Positions 9,950 through 18,176 of a stretch of 64,000 nt of DNA are shown here, piece after piece; position 1 is the first letter of the stretch, and every line of letters starts with the position of its first letter. The position numbers and the translations under genes are program-made. This stretch comes from a virus, in IMG/VR virus record IMGVR_UViG_3300046492_000199; one strand, given 5' to 3'. Below the pieces are notes generated by a model. That model was given only the letters and a program-made list of their open reading frames with translations. It ran no database searches and was not told the DNA's origin.

Positions 9950-10678
9950 TCATCCTTTTTGTTTTTCTTTATTGAAAGCGCCGACCCATTCTTTTGCATT
10001 AGCAGAACGGACAACATCTTCCTCGGTAAACTCGACCACGGCAGGGCTTAGGTCATATTCGTAAATAATATCTACGATTTTCTCTAATCCGCTGTCAGGA
10101 ATATCAACCTGATCTATGTCGCCATTGACAATCGTTAGGCTGTTTTCCCCGATACGAGTCAGGAACAGTTTAAGATCGGCGTAGGTGCAGTTCTGAGCCT
10201 CGTCTAGAATAATGACAGCGTCGTTAAAAGTACGACCTCTCATGTGCTCAAAACTCAGGAATTCAATTCGGCCTAAGTTTTTTAATTTATCAACATCAGC
10301 TGGTGAAACTTCATCAGCGAAAGAAGCTAGAATGGGAACAAGCCATGGTCTTAATTTGGCTTCCAGATTTCCCGGTAGAAATCCTAACTCGTGTCTCTTC
10401 TGAGCCACTGTAGGTCTTGCAATAATTAATTTTTCGTATTTGTTTTCGACTAGTTTGCGGATCGCGAAGCGTGAAGCTAGATAGGTCTTACCAGTACCTG
10501 CGCCTCCAATGGCGAAAACTTGTGTCTCAGTATTTAGGCATTCAAGATAAAATTTTTGTGTTTCAGTCTTTGGCGTTAGAGGCCTTTTTGTTTTTTGTTC
10601 CGTTCTAATGTCTTTCGTATCCCTACGGGCACGACGTTTTTCAGATTTGGTTAGTGAAGCGGAATGTTCTTGAACCAC
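9950..10678 (-). CDS. phoH: PhoH family ATPase
   Basis: GGAGTGKT Walker A, ELGFLPG, MRGRTF, IILDEAQN. Confidence 0.92.
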   Translation of the reverse strand: MVQEHSASLTKSEKRRARRDTKDIRTEQKTKRPLTPKTETQKFYLECLNTETQVFAIGGAGTGKTYLASRFAIRKLVENKYEKLIIARPTVAQKRHELGFLPGNLEAKLRPWLVPILASFADEVSPADVDKLKNLGRIEFLSFEHMRGRTFNDAVIILDEAQNCTYADLKLFLTRIGENSLTIVNGDIDQVDIPDSGLEKIVDIIYEYDLSPAVVEFTEEDVVRSANAKEWVGAFNKEKQKG

Positions 10679-10745
10679 TATGGGATTACCTTATTTCATT
10701 TATTATTATTATTTTTAGTTTGGTAGAGTAACCCGAAAATTTTAA

Positions 10746-10964
10746 TTATGAACCAATTATTTTATCCTTGAAAAAATCCCACAAGTAAAACCAAGCTGCT
10801 ACAACTGCGGCAGCACTTAATAGGATTGTTTTAATATAACGACTAACCACATTCATGGCTTCGTCTCTTTCAATCATTGTCATCATTCTGCGATAATCTT
10901 TCGCTCGCATCTTTACGACAATAAGTTCTTCATCCTTGAAAAGATCGTTATTTACGTCTGACAT
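10746..10964 (-). CDS. Small membrane protein (holin-like candidate)
   Basis: 72 aa with one C-terminal hydrophobic helix. Confidence 0.45.
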   Translation of the reverse strand: MSDVNNDLFKDEELIVVKMRAKDYRRMMTMIERDEAMNVVSRYIKTILLSAAAVVAAWFYLWDFFKDKIIGS

Positions 10965-10986
10965 GGCAAACCCTTAACCCCTTGAA

Positions 10987-11015
10987 ATAAAAAGAGCCAC
11001 AATCAATGTGGCTCT
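10987..11015 (-). terminator. Intrinsic terminator
   Basis: AGAGCCAC/GTGGCTCT stem plus T-tract. Confidence 0.65.
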
Positions 11016-11069
11016 GAGTTGTTCACCACGATATTACATGGTAAAAATAAATTGTTATTTTTATTTTTA

Positions 11070-11420
11070 TTATGACTTCTTCTTGCGGCCACGGACAGCA
11101 GGAGCAGGGGTGGGAACTTCTTCCTTAACTTCTACTTCTTCTTCCTTGACAGCTTCGACAACTTCAGATACTTCGTCTTCAACGACTTCTGAAACTTTTT
11201 CTTCTTGAACTTCGGCAACAGGGGCTTCTACTACAGGAGCCTCAATAACAGGTTCAGAAATTACGACAGGCTCTTTAACTTCGACAACATCAAAGATTGC
11301 TGTATCCGTGTGTGGCTTATCGTAGCTCCAACCAGCATGCACTACTAGATCACGCGCGTTAACGGGTGAGTTTTCGAACATTTCGCCAGAGGGGGCGTAT
11401 ACTTTTACCAATTCAGACAT
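11070..11420 (-). CDS. Glu/Val-rich head-associated hypothetical protein
   Basis: 116 aa, acidic low-complexity tail; follows capsid genes. Confidence 0.6.
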   Translation of the reverse strand: MSELVKVYAPSGEMFENSPVNARDLVVHAGWSYDKPHTDTAIFDVVEVKEPVVISEPVIEAPVVEAPVAEVQEEKVSEVVEDEVSEVVEAVKEEEVEVKEEVPTPAPAVRGRKKKS

Positions 11421-11446
11421 TATCTCTTCTTTCAGGGTTTAGAAGA

Positions 11447-11474
11447 TTAAAGTCTCATTTTATTGAGACTTTAA
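11447..11474 (-). terminator. Hairpin after capsid decoration gene
   Basis: 11-bp stem TTAAAGTCTCA/TGAGACTTTAA. Confidence 0.5.
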
Positions 11475-11477
11475 TAA

Positions 11478-11918
11478 TTAACCAACGATAGGAGCAAGAT
11501 ATGCGTCGTAGTCGAGGATTGGGGTTGTACCAGCGAGCGTGGTGTTGATACGGATGAAGGCAGCGTTAGAAACGAGCTTCTTAACTGTGTCCATATCGAG
11601 CAGGATGGTGTAAGCACCAACCGCAGTTACGCCAGCGAGCGTACCAACAACTGTGTATGAACCGCCAACTAGGTTGGAAACTTCAACAGTGAAGGTGTAG
11701 GTTTCGTCCGCAGTGGTGCGGTCGATTGTCTTAACAATGATGTTAACTGCCATAACCTGATAAGGTGTAATACCCGAGTTCCAGTAAGCAGCACCGTTGT
11801 TAAGGGAAACGCCTGTTTCAGCGGTTGACGCCGTAATCTGAGCAGCAGAAGTAGCACGAAGTGTTACAGCAGCAGCCTTGTCAACTAGAAACTTTACTTT
11901 AGAATTCATGTTAGCCAT
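11478..11918 (-). CDS. Capsid decoration/minor capsid protein
   Basis: 146 aa beta-rich, immediately downstream of the major capsid gene. Confidence 0.6.
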   Translation of the reverse strand: MANMNSKVKFLVDKAAAVTLRATSAAQITASTAETGVSLNNGAAYWNSGITPYQVMAVNIIVKTIDRTTADETYTFTVEVSNLVGGSYTVVGTLAGVTAVGAYTILLDMDTVKKLVSNAAFIRINTTLAGTTPILDYDAYLAPIVG

Positions 11919-11946
11919 TTTAATTCTCCTAAATGGTTGTATTTAA

Positions 11947-11976
11947 AGTCAAGTCAGAGATTGCTCTGACTTGACT
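11947..11976 (-). terminator. Hairpin between capsid and decoration genes
   Basis: 13-bp perfect stem AGTCAAGTCAGAG/CTCTGACTTGACT. Confidence 0.5.
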
Positions 11977-11993
11977 ATTGTCTCTAGTTGATA

Positions 11994-12926
11994 TTAGAGA
12001 GTTACGTTAGCGTTTGTGATGCCCCAAAGACGAGCAGCGGCGCGACCGTGTTCAACAACCATACCGACGTACCACTCAACGCGAGTACGGTAGACCGGAG
12101 CCGTGTCAAGTTCGCCAATATCCTTAACGTCAATAAAGCCGTTCTGGATACCCTTGATCTTGCCGGGGCCGATTGAAAGAACGTAGATCGAGCTAGCGGT
12201 TGAACCACCACCCGGACCAGCTTCGTTGAAGCCAACCATACGAGAACCAGATTCATCGTAATCTGCGATGAGGATCGGAAGACCGTTGTAGTAAGCAACG
12301 CGCTGACCAAATTCGTTAATGTCGAACATGAAGTCGCCACCAATGCCAGCACGAACAGCTGTTGAAAGCTTGTTACGCATAGTCTTGGACATTAGGAGGT
12401 GAGTAGGAGCATCAACACGGTCAATAGCTTCGTCAAGCGCTTCAAGAGAAAGCGGCGAGTTCGAAGAAGGAGCGGTTAGGTTAGCAGGTACAAGCTGATC
12501 GCCAGTGATACGCTTGCGAAGGCCGTCAAACTCAAGCTCAGAGTTAAGTTCAGAGTCACCGTTGATCATCTTGTTCATGATCGCGAGCGAAAGTGCCTTA
12601 ACCTTCATAGCTTCTTGCTGTGAACGAACGTCAGCGCCACGAGTAGCGATAAGGAACTTATCGACGTCGAGATCACCGCCAGCGATACGAAGAGCTTCGG
12701 TGCGCTGGTTCAGGATGCCTGTTGATTCGGTGTAAGCAGCATTAACGCCACGGAAACCAACACCCGGAAGAGCGTGCTCTTCAGTATATGTGTATGAACC
12801 ACCAGCAATATTTTCGAAAGGAAGAACGCGCAGTAGATCGGCGTTCATTGCGAACATTTCAACAATAGCGGAACGCTTTACGTCGCCATCGTTAAGTTTA
12901 TTTGCTTCTAAAAGCGTAAGTGCCAT
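11994..12926 (-). CDS. Major capsid protein
   Basis: 310 aa; MALTLLEANK..., LPGVGFRGVN, EFDGLRKR, YRTRVEWY typical of HK97-fold capsids of this phage group. Confidence 0.88.
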   Translation of the reverse strand: MALTLLEANKLNDGDVKRSAIVEMFAMNADLLRVLPFENIAGGSYTYTEEHALPGVGFRGVNAAYTESTGILNQRTEALRIAGGDLDVDKFLIATRGADVRSQQEAMKVKALSLAIMNKMINGDSELNSELEFDGLRKRITGDQLVPANLTAPSSNSPLSLEALDEAIDRVDAPTHLLMSKTMRNKLSTAVRAGIGGDFMFDINEFGQRVAYYNGLPILIADYDESGSRMVGFNEAGPGGGSTASSIYVLSIGPGKIKGIQNGFIDVKDIGELDTAPVYRTRVEWYVGMVVEHGRAAARLWGITNANVTL

Positions 12927-13075
12927 GGGAATTCTCCTTGTAGGCCATTTTGTTGTTTTTAAAAATTCAGTTTCTTGGGCTGTAGTTTTTTAAACTTGGG
13001 GAACTTCCCTAAAGATTTTCCCCGTACACAGCCGTTACGAGGAGTTGTTTTATGTCCTGTCAAGGAGATTAGGCT

Positions 13076-13849
13076 TTACTTAAGAGCCTTCTTGTTTGCT
13101 AGCTCAAGGCGTTGCATCGGAGAAAGTTTATTAAGTTCTTCCCTAGTCATACCATAACCAGTCATATTACCGCCGTTAGCACCGCCGCCGTTGGATTCCT
13201 TAAAGAGGTAAGGCATCGTTTTCTGAAGAGACTTCATCCATTCTACAGGTGACATTGGCGTAGCGCCGTCCGAACCGTAAATCGTTGAGTCACCATTCTT
13301 CGGAATGATCTTTTCACCGTCTATTTTAAATACTTTGCGAGCTTCAAGAAGAATGTGAGATTCAGCTTCGGCACGAGCACCAGACTTAGGATCATGGATA
13401 GCAGAGCGAATGAAATTATCGATCTGGACGCCCTTGAGTTGTTCTGTTACCGTTTCGTACTGGTTCTTCCATGTCGAACCTTCATTCGCTAGGCGACGAA
13501 GTTCTTCTTCATGGGTCTCACGCATTTTCTTTGTACGTTCTGACAGAACTTCTTCGATCTTACCTGACTCAGAAAGTGTACCGTCGTCTACACGCTGCTT
13601 TGTGGTACGAAGTTCTTTAAGTTCAGCAACGAACTTATCTTCATCATCACCAACAACTTTGGCTAGCTTCTCTACGCGCTTGGCTAGATCGTCTTTTTCC
13701 TTAGCGAGCTTTACATTGTTCTCGCGGAATTCATCAATCTTGACTTTCGGTACTAGATTGAGAACGAACTTTCCGTCGTCGCGCTTCTTGGCTTCAGCAT
13801 GTAGTTCCTCTGGAACCTGTTCAATTACGTCAAAAAGAAATTCTGGCAT
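13076..13849 (-). CDS. Capsid scaffold protein
   Basis: 257 aa coiled-coil, PYLFKESNGGGA near C-terminus; upstream of capsid gene. Confidence 0.75.
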   Translation of the reverse strand: MPEFLFDVIEQVPEELHAEAKKRDDGKFVLNLVPKVKIDEFRENNVKLAKEKDDLAKRVEKLAKVVGDDEDKFVAELKELRTTKQRVDDGTLSESGKIEEVLSERTKKMRETHEEELRRLANEGSTWKNQYETVTEQLKGVQIDNFIRSAIHDPKSGARAEAESHILLEARKVFKIDGEKIIPKNGDSTIYGSDGATPMSPVEWMKSLQKTMPYLFKESNGGGANGGNMTGYGMTREELNKLSPMQRLELANKKALK

Positions 13850-13965
13850 GTGTACATCTCCGATGTATTTTTAAGTATTTAAAATAAAAGGTCGCGCTGC
13901 AACTCTTTACCTAGACCATCTTGGCTAGGGTTTGTTTTGGCTTTAAACTTTAATAAATTAAAATT

Positions 13966-14109
13966 TTAGGCCTTGTCGGGATCATTAACAAGGTCAGTCA
14001 ACTTTCGTTGCGCCGATCTTCGATCTTTAAAAGGTCCAATTCGAACTACGATATAGGACTCTTGTGTATCTGGATCAGTCTTTACTTCAGCTAAACCGGT
14101 TTGCTTCAT
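13966..14109 (-). CDS. 47-aa mini-protein (not in ORF track)
   Basis: MKQTGLAEVKTDPDTQESYIVVRIGPFKDRRSAQRKLTDLVNDPDKA, directly after the 14122-14150 promoter. Confidence 0.5.
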   Translation of the reverse strand: MKQTGLAEVKTDPDTQESYIVVRIGPFKDRRSAQRKLTDLVNDPDKA

Positions 14110-14121
14110 TTTATGTTTCTC

Positions 14122-14150
14122 ATTATATACTAAAAATTTAAAAAAGTCAA
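14122..14150 (-). promoter_or_regulatory. Sigma70-type promoter of capsid operon
   Basis: TTGACT-N17-TATAAT. Confidence 0.75.
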
Positions 14151-14157
14151 GAAAAAA

Positions 14158-14343
14158 TTATTTAGTCCATTTTTTCGGTGTTTTTATTTTAACTTTTTCT
14201 AGGTATTCTTCTAAACTTTCAAGTTCAATACCAAAAAACGCATCATCTTCGTCGGGCATAGAAAGTTCGAATTCTTTGAGGAGGGAGTCAATATCATCCA
14301 CATCCTCAAAGTCAGTGTCAAATTTGCTTGGTTTTCTGGCCAT
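14158..14343 (-). CDS. Small acidic hypothetical protein
   Basis: 61 aa overlapping portal stop. Confidence 0.5.
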   Translation of the reverse strand: MARKPSKFDTDFEDVDDIDSLLKEFELSMPDEDDAFFGIELESLEEYLEKVKIKTPKKWTK

Positions 14344-15937
14344 TGGTACTATTCTTATTTAATTTATTCTGTTGAGCCGTAAAACTTTGAGTCATTTGAA
14401 GCTGGGACTGCGCCGCGCTGCGATCCTTGGCGTTCTCTTCAACTTCTACCTTGGTAGCCGCATCTGGATAACCTTCTAGGCGGGCTTCGAAGTCTGGATC
14501 ATTCGGGAACTGGTCAGGATTTTCAAGCATGTTCTTAAATTCATCAACAGTAAGTCCGTCTGGAATGATATCTGTCTTCTGAAGAATATCGAAAAGTACG
14601 TCGATAGGAATGATGCCGTCTTGATACATCATTGTGAATGCTCTAAATTCACGAGCATCGATCTGAGCAAATAGGAAGTCTTTGTTTACTTCTACCGTTG
14701 TTGCGATAGAATCAAGGTCTTCGTTCTGCCAATACATCCACCAAGAAAGAAGTCTGGTGAAGCCTTCGTTGAGAACGGTAACGACATTCAGTAGAAGAGA
14801 CATTTCGTTTTTCTCTTTTACTTTGACAAGGTTATCCGATTCAGCAACGGCGGTAGACTTAGTGCCAAGCATTCTGCCACCCATGGCAGAGATGTTAGAT
14901 TCTTTCTCATCTAGGGCGCGTTCCAAATAGATCAGGCCTTGGCCATTATATTCAGCAATGCCGGGAGCCTTGTCGCCTTCGTATTCCCAAACGACGTTAG
15001 GGCCGACGACATAATCGCCACCCTTATCATTTGCGCTCTTGACTTGGACGTGATAGATCGGAATGGCGGTATAGAAACGACCATGTTCTAATTGAGCCAC
15101 TGAGCGATAGTGACTTAAATTCATTAGGGCGATATCTAGAAGAGGTGGCTTCTCAACCTGTGGATTATTGGACAGGGAGCCGAAGAAAACAAACGGAATG
15201 AAATCGAACGGAACGCCGAGGCGCTTTGGCTCGATAACTTCGGGAGTTTCATCTGTAACAAGTGCTAGATTAAAAAACTTGGTGCGATACACGTACTGGC
15301 GATACACACCGTCATCGTCAAGACTGAGCTTGCGGTAAACGGCTTTATAGCGCAATGAAGTGGTGCGGAGCACAGGCGCGATAGTGTCTCTGTCTTCTTC
15401 AATCTCGCGAAGCAGGACTTCCTTGAGGACGTATCGCCCATTCTTTTCAACCACGGACCAATCAAGAATGTTCTCAGCGATATAGTTTACGAAAAAAGGT
15501 GTGCCGTCTCCGTTCTTATCCATATCGAGGAGCACGCCGATGCGGCCCACGTCAAAGATTTGATTCGCTGTGTCACGGATAAACGTGTTGAGCGAAGTAC
15601 CATCTTTGGAAATGGACTTGATAGACTTTTCAAATTGTTTGGGGAGGTTTTTTACTTTTGGTTCACGTCTAAAGATTGTGCCTACGAGGCCATTCGACGT
15701 GCGCTGTGTCATGTTGTAGAAATAAGCGCGATCCAAGAAGGCGGCGTATTCGTTGGGGTCTTGGGCTTCCATTCGAGGAAGGTACAGTGAGCCAGCGTCT
15801 TTTACCGCGATTTCACCAAGAATGGTGTCGCGCATCACTTGCCACTTAGATCTCCAATAATTATATTCAGGATGTGACTGAATACTTTCTTGACCTACGG
15901 CGGTTACAACCTGAAGATTTTTATCGTTAATTGCCAA
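14318..15937 (-). CDS. Portal protein (DUF4055-type)
   Basis: 539 aa; YLPR, RAYFYN, KPPLLDIALMNLSHY, GGRML motifs. Confidence 0.88.
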   Translation of the reverse strand: MAINDKNLQVVTAVGQESIQSHPEYNYWRSKWQVMRDTILGEIAVKDAGSLYLPRMEAQDPNEYAAFLDRAYFYNMTQRTSNGLVGTIFRREPKVKNLPKQFEKSIKSISKDGTSLNTFIRDTANQIFDVGRIGVLLDMDKNGDGTPFFVNYIAENILDWSVVEKNGRYVLKEVLLREIEEDRDTIAPVLRTTSLRYKAVYRKLSLDDDGVYRQYVYRTKFFNLALVTDETPEVIEPKRLGVPFDFIPFVFFGSLSNNPQVEKPPLLDIALMNLSHYRSVAQLEHGRFYTAIPIYHVQVKSANDKGGDYVVGPNVVWEYEGDKAPGIAEYNGQGLIYLERALDEKESNISAMGGRMLGTKSTAVAESDNLVKVKEKNEMSLLLNVVTVLNEGFTRLLSWWMYWQNEDLDSIATTVEVNKDFLFAQIDAREFRAFTMMYQDGIIPIDVLFDILQKTDIIPDGLTVDEFKNMLENPDQFPNDPDFEARLEGYPDAATKVEVEENAKDRSAAQSQLQMTQSFTAQQNKLNKNSTNGQKTKQI

Positions 15938-15971
15938 TGTATTAATCTTTATTATTTATTATTACATTCAG

Positions 15972-16000
15972 CTTATATCATATAAAAATTAAAAAGTCAA
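15972..16000 (-). promoter_or_regulatory. Sigma70-type promoter of portal
   Basis: TTGACT-N17-TATAAG. Confidence 0.65.
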
Positions 16001-16012
16001 GTGAAAAATTAA

Positions 16013-16042
16013 AAAAGTCCAGAAAATTAATTCTGGACTTTT
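16013..16042 (-). terminator. Terminator closing the tRNA cluster
   Basis: 12-bp stem AAAAGTCCAGAA/TTCTGGACTTTT. Confidence 0.7.
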
Positions 16043-16047
16043 AAAGT

Positions 16048-16123
16048 TGGTGGCCCGCCTCAGATTCGAACTGAGACTGGACGCGTTCTAAGCGCGTTGC
16101 CTCTGCCTTTGGGCTAGCGGGCC
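16048..16123 (-). tRNA. tRNA-Leu(TAG), short variable loop
   Basis: Full cloverleaf, loop CTTAGAA, encoded CCA. Confidence 0.85.
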
Positions 16124-16126
16124 AAT

Positions 16127-16202
16127 TGGTAGTTCCTGCTAGGATCGAACTAGCGCATGCTGGAATGTAAATCCAGAGCCTTAACCGCTTGGCGAAGGAA
16201 CC
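16127..16202 (-). tRNA. tRNA-Val(TAC)
   Basis: Cloverleaf, loop TTTACAT, CCA; 3-bp D stem. Confidence 0.8.
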
Positions 16203-16212
16203 GTGTTAAATT

Positions 16213-16362
16213 TTAAATACTTAGACCTTTACCATGACGTGTAGGGACGTTATAAAAACTGATAAGAGTTTCATACATGGCTTGGACCAGATCATCACGT
16301 TCAGCCGATGGGGCGGACGCTCTAATGGTCTTCATTACTTTATTAAATTCATTTAATTCCAT
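16213..16362 (-). CDS. Small hypothetical protein
   Basis: Start MELNEF chosen to avoid tRNA-His. Confidence 0.45.
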   Translation of the reverse strand: MELNEFNKVMKTIRASAPSAERDDLVQAMYETLISFYNVPTRHGKGLSI

Positions 16363-16381
16363 AACTTTTGTCCTATGTTTT

Positions 16382-16457
16382 TGGACCGTCTTCCTTGAGT
16401 TGAACAAGGGTATCGCGATCCACAATCGCGCGCTCTAACCAATTGAGCTAAAGACGG
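16382..16457 (-). tRNA. tRNA-His(GTG)
   Basis: Cloverleaf, loop TTGTGGA, CCA; no encoded G-1. Confidence 0.85.
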
Positions 16458-16809
16458 AAGTTTTTAATTTTTCTCTGGCTTTACGTTTATATTGCTTGGA
16501 TTTCTCATTCCAAGCAAGTCGGCAAGCATCACATCTACACTTTCTGTGTCTATACATTCCCATGGTGCCGTGTTCTGGAGCGTGCTTTTCGGTATGACAC
16601 TCGATACATAATAGCTGGCATTTATTTATTTCATCTATCAGAGTGTCCCAAGGATAGGACCAATTAGATGTAACATTAAATTTTTTATTGGTTGGGTCTA
16701 TATGATCTACTTCTAGTGCTTCAGTAGAACCGCAGTGAACACATTTATTTCCTAAATGATTTAATAATTTTTCTTTAAATTGCTTATAGTATTTTACGTT
16801 TTTCTTCAT
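16435..16809 (-). CDS. HNH endonuclease
   Basis: CVHC...LEVDHIDP...CQLLCIECH. Confidence 0.85.
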   Translation of the reverse strand: MKKNVKYYKQFKEKLLNHLGNKCVHCGSTEALEVDHIDPTNKKFNVTSNWSYPWDTLIDEINKCQLLCIECHTEKHAPEHGTMGMYRHRKCRCDACRLAWNEKSKQYKRKAREKLKTSVFSSIG

Positions 16810-16821
16810 AATATTTATATT

Positions 16822-16896
16822 TGGTTTGCGAGGCTAGACTCGAACTAGCAACCGCCTGATTCAAAGTCAGGTGCTCTACCATTAAGCTACTCGCAA
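16822..16896 (-). tRNA. tRNA-Gln(TTG)
   Basis: Cloverleaf, loop CTTTGAA, U1-A72, CCA. Confidence 0.9.
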
Positions 16897-16902
16897 AAAT
16901 TA

Positions 16903-16998
16903 TTAAAGCGCTAGGTAAATACCTTCACCCATGGGTTGGTACGAAGCACAAGCTGTTACGGTTAGGGTTAAACAAATAATTGTTAAAATCTTAAACAT
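16903..16998 (-). CDS. 31-aa putative lipoprotein (not in ORF track)
   Basis: MFKILTIICLTLTVTACASYQPMGEGIYLAL: basic start, hydrophobic core, VTA-C lipobox. Confidence 0.55.
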   Translation of the reverse strand: MFKILTIICLTLTVTACASYQPMGEGIYLAL

Positions 16999-17016
16999 TA
17001 CATTCTCTTTTTAATT

Positions 17017-17099
17017 TGGTGGACGTAGATGGAGTTGAACCACCAAGCCTTAAGGACCGGAGCTACAATCCGGCGGGCCTGCCAATGCCCAATACGTCC
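17017..17099 (-). tRNA. tRNA-Tyr(GTA)
   Basis: Cloverleaf with long variable region, loop TTGTAGC, CCA. Confidence 0.88.
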
Positions 17100-17105
17100 T
17101 AATTT

Positions 17106-17492
17106 TTAAACCTCAACGTCGGAATACTTTTCTTTCAGCTTCTTCAGTTGTTCTAATTCTTTATTCCTAGCCTTATCAGCCTTCTTCTGCGCCGCTGCTT
17201 GGCTTCTACGTTTAGCTTCAGCTTTGCGTTCCTGTTCAGCCTTTGCGGCTCGCTCAACCTCATCCCTAATGGACTTGATTGCCTGTAGCGCGCCACCTTC
17301 AGGTTCACGTACCAACACGTATTGATGGACGTTGTTATTAATCTTCTGAAGGAGGTGAAGATTTTGCTGAACGAACTGAAAATCTTCCTCAGAGATTTCT
17401 TCCCAATCTGAGATACCTTGAGTAAGGATTTGTTGGTCGTAATAATCATCCACGCTTATGTTTACATACATGAACAGTTTAACTTTTACCAC
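17106..17492 (-). CDS. Hypothetical protein with coiled-coil tail
   Basis: 128-aa ORF with AAGGAGG RBS. Confidence 0.6.
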   Translation of the reverse strand: MVKVKLFMYVNISVDDYYDQQILTQGISDWEEISEEDFQFVQQNLHLLQKINNNVHQYVLVREPEGGALQAIKSIRDEVERAAKAEQERKAEAKRRSQAAAQKKADKARNKELEQLKKLKEKYSDVEV

Positions 17493-17510
17493 GACAACCT
17501 CCTTAAAAAT

Positions 17511-17589
17511 TGGCTCCCTTCCTCGGGATCGAACCGAGCTAATCAGTGCTTAACAGGCACGCCCATGCACCAAGCTTGGGTTGAAGGGA
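17511..17589 (-). tRNA. tRNA-Asn(GTT)
   Basis: Cloverleaf, loop CTGTTAA, U1-A72, CCA. Confidence 0.8.
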
Positions 17590-17780
17590 TAATATAGTTA
17601 TTATCTATTTGACAGGAAGAAAGAGCACTTCTTAAATTCTGTCAAACCAATTTCATTAATAGCTGCTGTAACAGCTGATTTGATTGCGTTGTAAACTGTT
17701 TCGTCGTCCATGTCAATGTCTCCTAACAAAAATAGAACCAGAAAGTGTGCTGCTACGCCAAATTCTCTAAGGGTCTTACG

Positions 17781-17925
17781 TGGCATCTAAGGGGATTCTT
17801 GTCCATACCCTCCCCAAATTAATTCAGAGGCTTCACCCAATGAACGTACCACGTAAACTGCGTAGTCTAGATATTGTTCGCGCAATACCTAAACATCTCC
17901 TTCCCCTGTTGACCTATTCAGACTG
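17781..17925 (-). ncRNA. Candidate structured RNA ending in CCA
   Basis: Closing helix CA(G)TCTGA/TTAGATG then CCA; several internal hairpins. Confidence 0.4.
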
Positions 17926-17999
17926 TGGACCAGAACTGACTTATTCAACTCGAAACTCTTTAAAAGATGGCTGCTCTTAGGCCAACTTCCTTAACTGGT
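17926..17999 (-). ncRNA. 23S rRNA L11-binding-domain (H43/H44)-like RNA with 3' CCA
   Basis: ACCAG...GAAGTTGGCCTAAGAGCAGCCATCTTTTAAAGAGT...CTGGT CCA; 28/33 identity to E. coli 23S 1056-1088. Confidence 0.75.
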
Positions 18000-18003
18000 A
18001 TTC

Positions 18004-18094
18004 TGGCGGAAGGTGCAGAGATTCGAACCTGCGGACCCCTTTCAGGGCCTCCTCTTTAGCAAAGAGGTGGTTTAAGCCACTCACCCAACCTTCC
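18004..18094 (-). tRNA. tRNA-Ser(GCT)
   Basis: Class II cloverleaf, loop TTGCTAA, CCA. Confidence 0.9.
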
Positions 18095-18101
18095 AAACTT
18101 A

Positions 18102-18176
18102 TGGAGACGAGAGCCAGAATCGAACTGGCGAGTATCGGATTTGCAGTCCAACGCCTAACCATTCAGCCTTCCCGTC
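18102..18176 (-). tRNA. tRNA-Cys(GCA)
   Basis: Loop CTGCAAA, U73, CCA. Confidence 0.88.

Noticed and set aside
13410-13874. 154-aa Ser-rich plus-strand ORF
   Set aside because: Antisense shadow of the scaffold gene
17895-17915. SRP RNA-like AGGTC...GGAAGG words
   Set aside because: Helix-8 symmetric loop and GNRA apex cannot be formed
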